A DNA stretch of 64,000 nucleotides from Prochlorococcus marinus CUG1433 (GCA_017644425.1 JAEPLN010000002.1:41268-105267), one strand, 5' to 3'; counted from the stretch's first letter, positions 51,383 to 59,782 are shown. The notes: generated by a model from the sequence alone, not told the origin. Numbers and translations are program-made.

Positions 51383-51766
51383 ATGCAAATACTTTTTTTA
51401 GCAATTTTAATTTGTTCAAGCTTTTTATTCCCCTCTTCATCATTTGCCTCACATATAGAACTAAAACCTTGTGTAGAGATTGCTCATTGTGTACGAGAAG
51501 AATGGGAGGTAAACAATATTGAGAAACCTTTTGAAGAGATTAAAGCATTTATCGAAAACACTCCAAGAACTGAGATTGTTGAAATTGATGGCGATTATCT
51601 TCATGCTGAGGCAACCAGTAAATGGATGAAGTACGTAGACGACTTAGAAGTATCCTTTCTACCTGAATCAAACATCTTATCAATAAGATCAGAATCAAGA
51701 GTTGGAGAAAGTGATTTGGGCGTGAATCAAAAAAGAGTTGATTTACTAAAATCGAAAATGTTTTAA
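51383..51766 (+). CDS. DUF1499 family protein with signal peptide
   Basis: 127 aa. The tail pattern ...DDLEVSF...SIRSESRVGESDLGVNQKRV is DUF1499-like (from memory). Confidence 0.65.
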   Translation: MQILFLAILICSSFLFPSSSFASHIELKPCVEIAHCVREEWEVNNIEKPFEEIKAFIENTPRTEIVEIDGDYLHAEATSKWMKYVDDLEVSFLPESNILSIRSESRVGESDLGVNQKRVDLLKSKMF

Positions 51767-51848
51767 AATAAAGAGTAAAAAAAAATAATTTTTTTATTGT
51801 TTTTTGTATAACTTTTCCATTTAAAAAAAAAATTAGCAGATAAAAAAG

Positions 51849-51875
51849 TGATAATTGTCATCATGCCTTGATAAT
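51849..51875. promoter_or_regulatory. possible Fur-family operator (two TGATAAT half-sites)
   Basis: TGATAATTGTCATCA (51849-51863) has TGAT/ATCA palindromic ends, and a second TGATAAT lies at 51869-51875. Both are 30-55 nt upstream of the 51905 ORF. Confidence 0.3.
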
Positions 51876-51904
51876 GGCAAATTTATTAGATTTTCTCTAA
51901 AAAG

Positions 51905-52189
51905 ATGATCATAAATTTTATATATTTATTGTTATTTAGTTTTGTTTTTTTCTGGTTTTATATAAACATAAAAAAAAATGGACTTAAATGGATAATCAAA
52001 GGTCTTTTTCAAATTGGAATATTGGTATTATTCATTGGAGGGTTTTTCAAAATATTTTTCACCTTACCCCCTAATTTATTTATAAAAATATTTTTTCTTA
52101 TTATTTATACATGGTGCACTATTGGAATAAATGTTAATTTCATGATCCCTTTGATTAGTTTGATTGACCAAAAAATAATGAAAAAATAA
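51905..52189 (+). CDS. hypothetical membrane protein
   Basis: 94 aa with 3 hydrophobic helices. Confidence 0.45.
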   Translation: MIINFIYLLLFSFVFFWFYINIKKNGLKWIIKGLFQIGILVLFIGGFFKIFFTLPPNLFIKIFFLIIYTWCTIGINVNFMIPLISLIDQKIMKK

Positions 52190-52264
52190 AACTAAAATTT
52201 GCCTTAATTCTTAGTACAAAAATAAATCTATTTAGTTAATCTGCAATATTAAAATTTATAAGAT

Positions 52265-52375
52265 TTATTTTTTTCCTTTTGAAAGTCTTTTTCTTGTATA
52301 CCTAGTCTTTAATGCCAAGTCTGTCATTACATATATTCCAAATAAAAGAATGAATATTCCAATAAAGTATTTCAT
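52265..52375 (-). CDS. hypothetical 36-aa single-TM peptide
   Basis: Hand-translated as MKYFIGIFILLFGIYVMTDLALKTRYTRKRLSKGKK. Confidence 0.25.
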   Translation of the reverse strand: MKYFIGIFILLFGIYVMTDLALKTRYTRKRLSKGKK

Positions 52376-52405
52376 TATTTTTTATGTAATTACTATGTTT
52401 GAGAT

Positions 52406-52813
52406 TTATTCATTATGCCAACTAATTTTAATATCTATTTCTTGAGATAAATTTCTTGTAACTGGACATTCTTTGGATGCTTTTTTCAAAAAATCAATAG
52501 TTTCATTAGAAGTGCTCACTGGTATAAAAATATCTATTATTAGTTCTTTTATCTTCCTCTCGCTATTTTGTGTCATTACTTTTTCAATATTTAAGTATAT
52601 ACCTTTCAAATCAAATCCTTTTGATTTAGCTTTGATTGCCATAATGGTTAGCAGGCAAGTACCTAGAGATGTTGCTAATAAATCAGTTGGGGAAAAACTT
52701 TCACCTTTACCGCAGTGATCTAAAGGTGCATCAGTTCTAATAAGACATCCAGATTGTAGATGAATAGCCTCACAGTTTAAATTTCCTAAATAAGAACATT
52801 TAACTTTGGTCAT
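52406..52813 (-). CDS. OsmC/Ohr-family peroxiredoxin-like protein
   Basis: 135 aa. OsmC pattern (FSPTDLLATSLGTCLL ... KECPVT) with the two conserved Cys. Confidence 0.8.
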   Translation of the reverse strand: MTKVKCSYLGNLNCEAIHLQSGCLIRTDAPLDHCGKGESFSPTDLLATSLGTCLLTIMAIKAKSKGFDLKGIYLNIEKVMTQNSERKIKELIIDIFIPVSTSNETIDFLKKASKECPVTRNLSQEIDIKISWHNE

Positions 52814-52940
52814 TTTAAAAAATTAAATTAGGAAAATATTATTAATAAAAAATTGTGGAACATAACAAGATTATTGATGAGAAATTTTTTATTTGCATAT
52901 TAGTGGAGTATTAAGGAAATTCATCATTCAAGTTTTGAAA

Positions 52941-53183
52941 TCAGTTTTTATATCCATATTCCTCTAAGCAATACTTAATTAATTCAATTGATTTATTAAG
53001 AGTTCTTTTATTTTTATTTTCTAGATCGAAGCATTCATTTAGAACACGTATAGATTCATTTAAAAATGATTCTTCTTTATTTTTTAAATCTTTAACTTGA
53101 TTTATATAAATTAATTTTTTAATCCCAATAAGGGAAAATATGATTATTAATATTGCAAAAATTGCTATTTTGAATTTATTCAT
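52941..53183 (-). CDS. hypothetical protein with N-terminal TM helix
   Basis: 80-aa ORF. Confidence 0.4.
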   Translation of the reverse strand: MNKFKIAIFAILIIIFSLIGIKKLIYINQVKDLKNKEESFLNESIRVLNECFDLENKNKRTLNKSIELIKYCLEEYGYKN

Positions 53184-53247
53184 ACAATTAGTTATTACAA
53201 ATATTTTAATTTATTTAATATCTAAAGACTTTACATAGCTTATAGAA

Positions 53248-53349
53248 CTAAGTAATTACATATGTAGCTGCTGTTATTGCTATAGCAGTAATTGAAATGA
53301 AGATGTACGGAACAACCTTTAAAGGTATATATAGATTATTTTTAGACAT
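53248..53349 (-). CDS. hypothetical 33-aa single-TM peptide
   Basis: Hand-translated as MSKNNLYIPLKVVPYIFISITAIAITAATYVIT. Confidence 0.2.
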   Translation of the reverse strand: MSKNNLYIPLKVVPYIFISITAIAITAATYVIT

Positions 53350-53465
53350 AACAAGAATCTTTATAAAAATTCTTACATTCTCTTTAAACTTTATTAGTCT
53401 TCAAATATACAAATTAATTTACTTTGCAAAAATTCAATTCTTTTAAAAGATTAAAAAATTTATAT

Positions 53466-53672
53466 TCATTGAATTTTCATTAAATAAAGTATTTCTAAAT
53501 CCTGTCTTGAGTCAGATATTTTTCTTTTTAAAAAGATTAATTCTTCTTGGCTCATTTTTGATTCTTTTATCATCATTTCTGCTTGTTCAATAGCATGTTC
53601 TATATTTCTAATTTTAATTTCTCTTATTGAGGGATCATCTTTACATGCTTTTTTAGTATTCGCATCTAACAT
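53466..53672 (-). CDS. hypothetical helical protein
   Basis: 68-aa ORF, charged and probably coiled-coil-like. Confidence 0.4.
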   Translation of the reverse strand: MLDANTKKACKDDPSIREIKIRNIEHAIEQAEMMIKESKMSQEELIFLKRKISDSRQDLEILYLMKIQ

Positions 53673-53786
53673 ATGTACTAAAAAAAATTACCTTGAATTT
53701 AATCTAATTTAAAACTTCATTATCCTACAACCGCAAACTTAATCAAAATAAATTATTATATTCAAATAAGAACTTTAACCTTAGCT

Positions 53787-53821
53787 AACCCTCTCTTCAA
53801 TCGATCGAGTGGGTTTTTTTT
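53787..53821 (+). terminator. orphan plus-strand rho-independent terminator (possible 3' end of a ~55-nt sRNA)
   Basis: AACCCTCTC/GAGTGGGTT stem with one mismatch, followed by T8. No plus-strand ORF lies upstream, and the nearest upstream gene is on the minus strand. Confidence 0.5.
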
Positions 53822-53855
53822 ATGGTGTAATATACTCCTAGCATTTAATACTAAT

Positions 53856-54230
53856 TTGGAAGATTCAAAACTTAATCCTGAGGAAAATAATTCAATCGAA
53901 TCGTCCCCCAATTTGAATGAAGAAAATAAAGATCTTAATGAGGGGATTAAAAAAGAAGAAAATGTTAAAGCATTTACAGAATTTCTAGAGAAAGCAAGTA
54001 GTCAAGATTCTTCAGAAGAAAAAGTAAGACTTGATTCTGAGCAACAAAATCCAAAAATTGACAAATCACTTTTTAAAAGATTTCTTAATAATGGATTTGA
54101 TGGAATTTCAACAAATCCAAACTATAAAATGTTGGCATTATTAATAATCCTTTTAATTAATTTGTCTCTATTTTTTGTAATTGGCAATATGGGTAAAGCG
54201 TTTTTAAGAAATGCTGGAATTATGGGTTAG
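53856..54230 (+). CDS. hypothetical acidic protein with C-terminal TM helix
   Basis: 124-aa ORF with TTG start. Confidence 0.4.
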   Translation: MEDSKLNPEENNSIESSPNLNEENKDLNEGIKKEENVKAFTEFLEKASSQDSSEEKVRLDSEQQNPKIDKSLFKRFLNNGFDGISTNPNYKMLALLIILLINLSLFFVIGNMGKAFLRNAGIMG

Positions 54231-54506
54231 AAATTATTTATTTCTTTTTGGATAATCATCTTTACAATTTTGATTCTTCAAATGAAACTGTGATATTTTC
54301 TTGTCAAATTAATATTTAAATAAAATTTGGATAATAAAGAGCCAGAAAATCCAGTCGTTTATCTTTCTAATTTAGTCAAGAAATTAGATGTAAAAAACAG
54401 AAATGGTTTAGTAGCATTAGCAATAGTAAACCTTTTAGTAATACTTTTATTTAAATTTTATTTGAAAGGATCTGGATTATTATCTTGAATTTGCCTGCTG
54501 GTATTA

Positions 54507-54821
54507 TTATTCAGCATTCTCAAATTGCTTTGCTAATCTAAATGCCTTCTTAATTATTAGAAAGCCACCATATGCTCCTGCCAGTAAAGGTAATACTATT
54601 AGAGGGTTAGGGGAATAATCTGAATAATTTTTCACACCCTCAACATATTCATAACCTGAACATTTAAGAATGATAAAGCTAAAAAATGTGATACTCCAAC
54701 CAATGATTGATAAAAATCCACCTTTTTTATCTCCTTCATAAAATCTGTCTAGACCTAAGCCCCAACCTCCTATTAGGAATATTCCTCTAACAACTGAATT
54801 TTTTTCTTGATTTCTAAGCAT
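54507..54821 (-). CDS. TM2-domain-like membrane protein
   Basis: 104 aa. GLDRFYEGDKKGG resembles the G-x-(D/H)-R-F-Y-x-G TM2 signature between two helices. Confidence 0.55.
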   Translation of the reverse strand: MLRNQEKNSVVRGIFLIGGWGLGLDRFYEGDKKGGFLSIIGWSITFFSFIILKCSGYEYVEGVKNYSDYSPNPLIVLPLLAGAYGGFLIIKKAFRLAKQFENAE

Positions 54822-54952
54822 AATAAAAAAATGTTCATTATGTACGTAACCTATTTGTATTTAAGATGTGAGATGTTTTTATTAATTAATCTTTAAAATA
54901 AATTTTTAATGGTTTTTTCTATAAATTACAAAATTATTATTCAGTGTTTTAA

Positions 54953-55723
54953 TTAATCATTAGAGATTGTATTTGAATTCAACAAGGAAATTGAAGGCCT
55001 AATATAAATAAAAATAGACCCATACATATCCTGCATAATTCTCATTTCATCGTCTAGATATACAATTGAGACTTGGCAATTTGGCGATTCTTTATTCCAA
55101 GGTAACTTATTCCATACCTCTTTAACTGGATACCATCTATCCATAAGTAATTCACTAAATAATGGAATCTTATTAAGTCCATCAACTTTGGAAACTTTTG
55201 TCTTTTGTAAATTCATATCAAGTAAATTATTTCTTAAAACTAAATCACTTGCTAGGGTTATTACTCTTCCACCAAAAGTAGGCAATAGTTTGAACCAACC
55301 TAAGATAGGAATAGTTGTAAGCCCAAATATTGTAGTGTCAAAAGTAGATATAAATTCTTTTTTTTCAAAATCAATCTTTTGAGCAATTCTCCCAATAGTT
55401 GAAATGCCAAAGGATCCTACTTGCAATTGATGTAATTTAAAAAAAAGATTACTTTTAGATTCATCATTTAATGCCTTTTCAATAGCAAGGAAGAAAGGGG
55501 AACTTCGAAATAATTCAACATTAGAAAAAATCAATTCCCACTCTCCAGACAATAATTTTTCTGATATTTCAAAACTAAAGTCTTTAAGAGCATCAATCAA
55601 TTCATTCATTTCATTAGCTTTTTCCTCATACATAGGAGAAATTAATTTATTTAATCTTTGCCCCCTATCTGTAACAGCAGATATTTTATAAATATTTGAC
55701 TTTATCTCTCCAATTTCTTTCAT
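54953..55723 (-). CDS. PAP/fibrillin family protein
   Basis: 256 aa. LLSGEWELIFSN and C-terminal VYLDDEMRIMQDMYGSIFIY match fibrillin landmarks. Confidence 0.65.
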   Translation of the reverse strand: MKEIGEIKSNIYKISAVTDRGQRLNKLISPMYEEKANEMNELIDALKDFSFEISEKLLSGEWELIFSNVELFRSSPFFLAIEKALNDESKSNLFFKLHQLQVGSFGISTIGRIAQKIDFEKKEFISTFDTTIFGLTTIPILGWFKLLPTFGGRVITLASDLVLRNNLLDMNLQKTKVSKVDGLNKIPLFSELLMDRWYPVKEVWNKLPWNKESPNCQVSIVYLDDEMRIMQDMYGSIFIYIRPSISLLNSNTISND

Positions 55724-55808
55724 AACTCCAACACAAGAAATACTAATTAATCTTAGGAATTTAATTTGATGTTGATGGCAATTTTAATAATGCTGGTAAT
55801 AAAATCAA

Positions 55809-55991
55809 TTAATATTCTCCCCACCTTTTACCAATATCAAAACCCCATTCAGTGGTTAATTTAATTACTTCATCATGATTCTTGCATTTTGAAAGGGATA
55901 ACTTTTTACTAGGATTATTTTTTATTAGCTCAGCAATTTGATTAAGTTGCTCTATTTTTTTTAGAAAATTACTTAGATCTTTATCTGACAT
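55809..55991 (-). CDS. Nif11-domain small protein
   Basis: 60 aa. MSDKDLSNFLKKIEQL...HDEVIKLTTEWGFDI follows the Nif11 N-terminal domain pattern. Confidence 0.65.
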   Translation of the reverse strand: MSDKDLSNFLKKIEQLNQIAELIKNNPSKKLSLSKCKNHDEVIKLTTEWGFDIGKRWGEY

Positions 55992-55995
55992 TTAT

Positions 55996-56103
55996 CTAGG
56001 AAGTAAATTTTTGATCATAAGTAAATATGTAATAAAGAACCCAGGCAACACCAATAATAAGAATTGCAATCATTATATTTACTGACCAAACTACTTCTAT
56101 CAT
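55996..56103 (-). CDS. hypothetical 35-aa single-TM peptide
   Basis: Hand-translated as MIEVVWSVNIMIAILIIGVAWVLYYIFTYDQKFTS. Ends 4 nt before the Nif11 gene start. Confidence 0.25.
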   Translation of the reverse strand: MIEVVWSVNIMIAILIIGVAWVLYYIFTYDQKFTS

Positions 56104-56228
56104 GTAATTTTTATATATATTTTTAATATATCCAAAATTTAAATTAATTTAACCGTTAATAATTTAAATCTAGAACAATACACTACTACTACTAGGTATA
56201 TAGAATAGTCATAAATAGTTTAAAAATT

Positions 56229-56408
56229 ATGGGAGAAGCTAAGAGAAGGGAAGAGTTAGGCTTACCACCTAGAGAAAAGAAAAAGGAAAAACAAACATCA
56301 AAAAATCAACTAAACAAAATTTTAAATAAATATCCTTATTTACCCTTCATTTTAGGTTTTTCATTATTAGCAATATTAATTATCGATTTAGTTAATTACT
56401 ACAAATAG
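56229..56408 (+). CDS. hypothetical 59-aa protein, basic N-terminus plus C-terminal TM helix
   Basis: Hand-translated as MGEAKRREELGLPPREKKKEKQTSKNQLNKILNKYPYLPFILGFSLLAILIIDLVNYYK. Confidence 0.4.
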   Translation: MGEAKRREELGLPPREKKKEKQTSKNQLNKILNKYPYLPFILGFSLLAILIIDLVNYYK

Positions 56409-56493
56409 ATATATAAAAAAGGGGATACTTTAGAAGAAGAGAAGATTATCTTCGCAATTGCGAAATTATTTTTCCATAATAAAAATAAAACTC

Positions 56494-56679
56494 ATGAAAC
56501 CGATTAACACTTCATGCGCCTTAATTTTAGGGGTACTAACTTTGTTTTCAATATCTAATGCAAATGCAGGTGGCTGCAGTTCTCATACTGAGAAGAAGGC
56601 AGAAATTGAATGCTTGTCTGATGATAAAAAATGTATAGAAGCGAAAGAAAGAGAATCACTATACAAAGTTGAGGCCTAA
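56494..56679 (+). CDS. hypothetical secreted small protein
   Basis: The ATG at 56494 gives MKPINTSCALILGVLTLFSISNANA|GGCSS..., a signal peptide; the ORF-track start at 56458 is TTG. 3 Cys in the mature part. Confidence 0.4.
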   Translation: MKPINTSCALILGVLTLFSISNANAGGCSSHTEKKAEIECLSDDKKCIEAKERESLYKVEA

Positions 56680-56982
56680 ATGTTTGATAATCTTGGAACT
56701 GCTCTAGTACAGGCATTAGGCTTCTTTGCTGTGTTTGGTTTTTTTGTATATCAAACTTTATTTGCAGATAGCAAACCCAAAAATTCAAAATCAAATCCTA
56801 AAAAAACAAAGATTTCCGACAAAAAAGAATCAATTAAGAAAGAACCTAAAAAAGGTTTATTTAACAGAAAATCTAAACCTGTTGAAGAGAATTTGACAGT
56901 CCAAAAAAAGGGATTATTTGGTAGAAAAAAAGAAGTTATTAAAGAAGAGATTAAACCAAAGAAAAAAGGTTGGTTTAAATAG
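56680..56982 (+). CDS. hypothetical protein: one TM helix plus Lys-rich tail with KKG(L/W)F repeats
   Basis: 100 aa. The start overlaps the upstream stop (TAAATG). Three KKGLF/KKGWF repeats. Confidence 0.45.
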   Translation: MFDNLGTALVQALGFFAVFGFFVYQTLFADSKPKNSKSNPKKTKISDKKESIKKEPKKGLFNRKSKPVEENLTVQKKGLFGRKKEVIKEEIKPKKKGWFK

Positions 56983-57068
56983 GTAAAGGTACTTAAACTC
57001 TTTTTTGATATCTTTTATACAAAAAATATTTTTAGTAACTTTATAATTTATAGAAGGTAATATTGAAA

Positions 57069-57203
57069 ATGAATCATAGAGAAATCACAAAAAAATATAG
57101 CGAGTTACTTAATAAGGCTGAGTTTGCTACTGGACGTAAGGAAGTTGTAGGTCTTTTAAAAAAAGCTGCCAAATTGAAATCTCAGATTGAAATCAATTAT
57201 TAG
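57069..57203 (+). CDS. hypothetical 44-aa helical protein
   Basis: Hand-translated as MNHREITKKYSELLNKAEFATGRKEVVGLLKKAAKLKSQIEINY. Confidence 0.3.
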   Translation: MNHREITKKYSELLNKAEFATGRKEVVGLLKKAAKLKSQIEINY

Positions 57204-57288
57204 ATCTTAAGATTAGTTTAATTCTAAATGTAAAAAATTTTTTTAAATAAGTTTTTACATGAGATAATCTGCATAGATTATTTTTCTT

Positions 57289-57468
57289 ATGAATAAAAAA
57301 GGTTATACAACCGAAAGCGGTGGTAGACAAAATGGTTTTGCAATTGAACCAGAAATTAACCCCATATCAGAAGGCGAATCAAAGAAATCCATATTTTTAT
57401 TTATTGGAATATTATTACCTTTTCTAATAGGCGGTTTTTATTATTTAAGGACTCTGAATATATTCTGA
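57289..57468 (+). CDS. 59-aa single-TM protein with HliA/B- or Psb34-like N-terminal motif
   Basis: Hand-translated as MNKKGYTTESGGRQNGFAIEPEINPISEGESKKSIFLFIGILLPFLIGGFYYLRTLNIF. GGR-x-N-x-FAIEP resembles the N-terminal motif of HliA/B-type HLIPs and Psb34 (from memory). It lacks the chlorophyll-binding E-x2-N-G-R helix. Confidence 0.4.
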   Translation: MNKKGYTTESGGRQNGFAIEPEINPISEGESKKSIFLFIGILLPFLIGGFYYLRTLNIF

Positions 57469-57472
57469 TATT

Positions 57473-57652
57473 TTATAAGCCATTTTTAGCAATATATTCT
57501 TCTGAGCTAACTATATCTTGCATTAAGCTCTCTGATGAAGGATTAAATCCATTTTGCTCTAAAAAAGATTTAACCTTTTCAAATTTTTGTTGAATTTTTT
57601 TTGTGTATGGAGTTGTCATCAAATAATCGTCCTTTTCTGTTGAATAGTTCAT
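57473..57652 (-). CDS. hypothetical 59-aa protein
   Basis: Hand-translated as MNYSTEKDDYLMTTPYTKKIQQKFEKVKSFLEQNGFNPSSESLMQDIVSSEEYIAKNGL. Confidence 0.3.
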   Translation of the reverse strand: MNYSTEKDDYLMTTPYTKKIQQKFEKVKSFLEQNGFNPSSESLMQDIVSSEEYIAKNGL

Positions 57653-57788
57653 TTCATTAACGGATTACTTTTACAATTAAATTTTGCAAAATATGCTATT
57701 GCCAGTGAAGTTATAAATATTACATAAATAATTTAATAGTAATAAATACTTATAAAATGTTTGTGTTAAATCGTTATTGGTTGATTTT

Positions 57789-58076
57789 TTAAAGAGTACT
57801 TATAGTAACTAGTTCCATTAAATCTCTGGACTGCAGATATTTTTGAAATACTTCAGAATAAAATGCCTTTTTAGCAGCAAATTTTGATTCGAATTCAATT
57901 ACTAATCCAAGCTGCCCTCCATCCCATTCATTTGAAGTTGATTCTTGTATTAAATCTCTTTTTACTATTACTCCTCCCACAGATTTAATCCAAGGCAATA
58001 CTGTCCTTATATATTCCAGAAATAAATCAGCATTAGGAATTGAAATTTTCTTTAACCAATAGCTTTTTGTCATCAA
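57789..58076 (-). CDS. DUF1330-like (dimeric alpha/beta-barrel) protein
   Basis: 95 aa. ...VIEFESKFAAKKAFYSEVFQKY... matches the DUF1330 pattern as I remember it. Confidence 0.6.
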   Translation of the reverse strand: MMTKSYWLKKISIPNADLFLEYIRTVLPWIKSVGGVIVKRDLIQESTSNEWDGGQLGLVIEFESKFAAKKAFYSEVFQKYLQSRDLMELVTISTL

Positions 58077-58152
58077 ATCAACATATTCTGGGTAGAATAT
58101 AGCACATGGAGGTAAGTATTTATCCTTAGCTATATATTCCAGCGTTTTTTAA

Positions 58153-58695
58153 ATGGAAACAGAAAATGATTTATTAAATTTACTTCTTAAATCACCAAAT
58201 TCAGATAAGATTCAATCTATTGCCGAACAACTTGAAATTGATCATAATTTTTCCTTTAGTAAAGATAGAAATGATTTACAGGGTGTTTGGGAGCTTAGGT
58301 GGAGTAGTTCTAACAGTCCTTTTTTAAAATATTCTCCTTTTATTGATAACCTTCAAATTCTTGATCCCTTTAATTTAAATGGTCTTAATTTACTTAAACC
58401 TAAAGGAATAAAATCAATTATTGGTACTGGTATTTTAATAAGACTTAATTACATAAATGAAAAAAAAATTGGGGTCAAATTTACACATGCTGGTGTTATA
58501 GGCCCTAAATTTGGAAGAAAAAATATAAATGCTATGAAAGAAATAAATAATGAACAATTAGGGTGGTTAGAGATAACTTATTTAAGTAATAAACTTAGAA
58601 TCTGTAGAGGTGATAAAGGAACTTTATTTGTTTTAAGAAAAATAAATTCACCGACTTTATTCAAGAATTTCAAGGAATTTATTAAAATCTATTAA
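58153..58695 (+). CDS. PAP/fibrillin family protein (short form)
   Basis: 180 aa. LQGVWELRWSSS and C-terminal ITYLSNKLRICRGDKGTLFVL are fibrillin landmarks. Confidence 0.7.
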   Translation: METENDLLNLLLKSPNSDKIQSIAEQLEIDHNFSFSKDRNDLQGVWELRWSSSNSPFLKYSPFIDNLQILDPFNLNGLNLLKPKGIKSIIGTGILIRLNYINEKKIGVKFTHAGVIGPKFGRKNINAMKEINNEQLGWLEITYLSNKLRICRGDKGTLFVLRKINSPTLFKNFKEFIKIY

Positions 58696-58703
58696 AATAA
58701 AAA

Positions 58704-58997
58704 TTAATTCTTTATCCAAATAGACTTTAATACGAAATAAATTGGTAAATATTTAAATGATTCTTTGGGTATTTCATAACTAAAAAATTTTAATGCTTCT
58801 TCTAACCAGTAACCAATATCAAATCCTAAAAGAATTTTTTCTACAACAAACCAAAATTCTTTATCAAATATAATTCTGAAGTTTAAGTAAATATATTCCC
58901 AATGAAAGGTATTCCAATATTGGGTTAAAAATGAGGATAAAATAAGCCAAAGTGATATAAATAGAAAACTTTTAAGAAATTTATAAAATTTTTTCAT
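58704..58997 (-). CDS. hypothetical membrane protein
   Basis: 97-aa ORF rich in aromatic residues, with 2-3 helices. Confidence 0.4.
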   Translation of the reverse strand: MKKFYKFLKSFLFISLWLILSSFLTQYWNTFHWEYIYLNFRIIFDKEFWFVVEKILLGFDIGYWLEEALKFFSYEIPKESFKYLPIYFVLKSIWIKN

Positions 58998-59128
58998 ATA
59001 CCAGCAACGGTCTTATTTAATTTCAAATATCCCTTATTATTATTTAAATAAAATTTTATTTCCATTAAATATATTCAAAAAAATATAAAAATATTGAGAA
59101 AGTAGTAAATTTTCGTGGCATTAATAAT

Positions 59129-59254
59129 CTATTCTTCTTTTTTTAGATTCTGTGCCTTTAGATTTTTATTCTTAAGAAAAAATCCTAAAAACAGAAAAGC
59201 AAAATATATTAGTAAACTTATGCCAAAAATTAAAACTAACCTTGAAATATCCAT
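59129..59254 (-). CDS. hypothetical 41-aa single-TM peptide
   Basis: Hand-translated as MDISRLVLIFGISLLIYFAFLFLGFFLKNKNLKAQNLKKEE. Confidence 0.25.
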   Translation of the reverse strand: MDISRLVLIFGISLLIYFAFLFLGFFLKNKNLKAQNLKKEE

Positions 59255-59372
59255 AAATGATTTTTTTTTATAAATTACAGCATTTTTTACAAAGTTTTAT
59301 CTATGGTAATGATTTTTCATTTATCACGATAACGAGCTTCAATTATTAAGCTAATAATATTATTTAAATCAT

Positions 59373-59777
59373 ATGCAAGTAGCTTTTGCCTGGAGCCTTT
59401 GTCTATCAGTTGGTGTTGTTTTATTTTCAATTATTCCATTAACTATAGGGAGAGTTAAAGCGGGATATTCTGTTGAAAATATGTCTGCTCCAAGGGCTTT
59501 ATTTGATGAATTACCGTCTTTTGGAAAAAGAGCAGTTTGGTGTCATCAAAATTGTTGGGAAAGTATTTCCCTACATGCGCCCGCATGTCTTCTTTGTTTG
59601 ATTACTTTAACTGACTCTAATATTGCAATAATTGCAGCATTGATTCATCCTATTTTTCGTTTTTTATATATTGGTGCATATGTATTTAATATCCCTACAG
59701 CTAGAGGTTTAATGTGGGCCTCAGGAATTTTTACAACACTTTTGCTTTACAAAGAGAGCTTAACTCAATTTATATAA
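59373..59777 (+). CDS. MAPEG-family membrane protein
   Basis: 134 aa with 4 helices. Pattern (R...N..E......H ... RFLYIGAY) is consistent with MAPEG. Confidence 0.65.
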   Translation: MQVAFAWSLCLSVGVVLFSIIPLTIGRVKAGYSVENMSAPRALFDELPSFGKRAVWCHQNCWESISLHAPACLLCLITLTDSNIAIIAALIHPIFRFLYIGAYVFNIPTARGLMWASGIFTTLLLYKESLTQFI

Positions 59778-59782
59778 ACTAT

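Noticed and set aside
54327-54488. 53-aa ORF with TTG start (DNKEPENPVVYLSNLVKKLDVKNRNGLVALAIVNLLVILLFKFYLKGSGLLS)
   Set aside because: There is no in-frame ATG and no clear RBS. It is plausible as a tail-anchored mini-protein, like its upstream neighbour, but the evidence is too weak to call.
55809-55991. Nif11 protein as a lanthipeptide (prochlorosin-type) precursor
   Set aside because: There is no double-glycine cleavage site, no Cys/Ser/Thr-rich core after the domain, and no LanM-like gene in the window.
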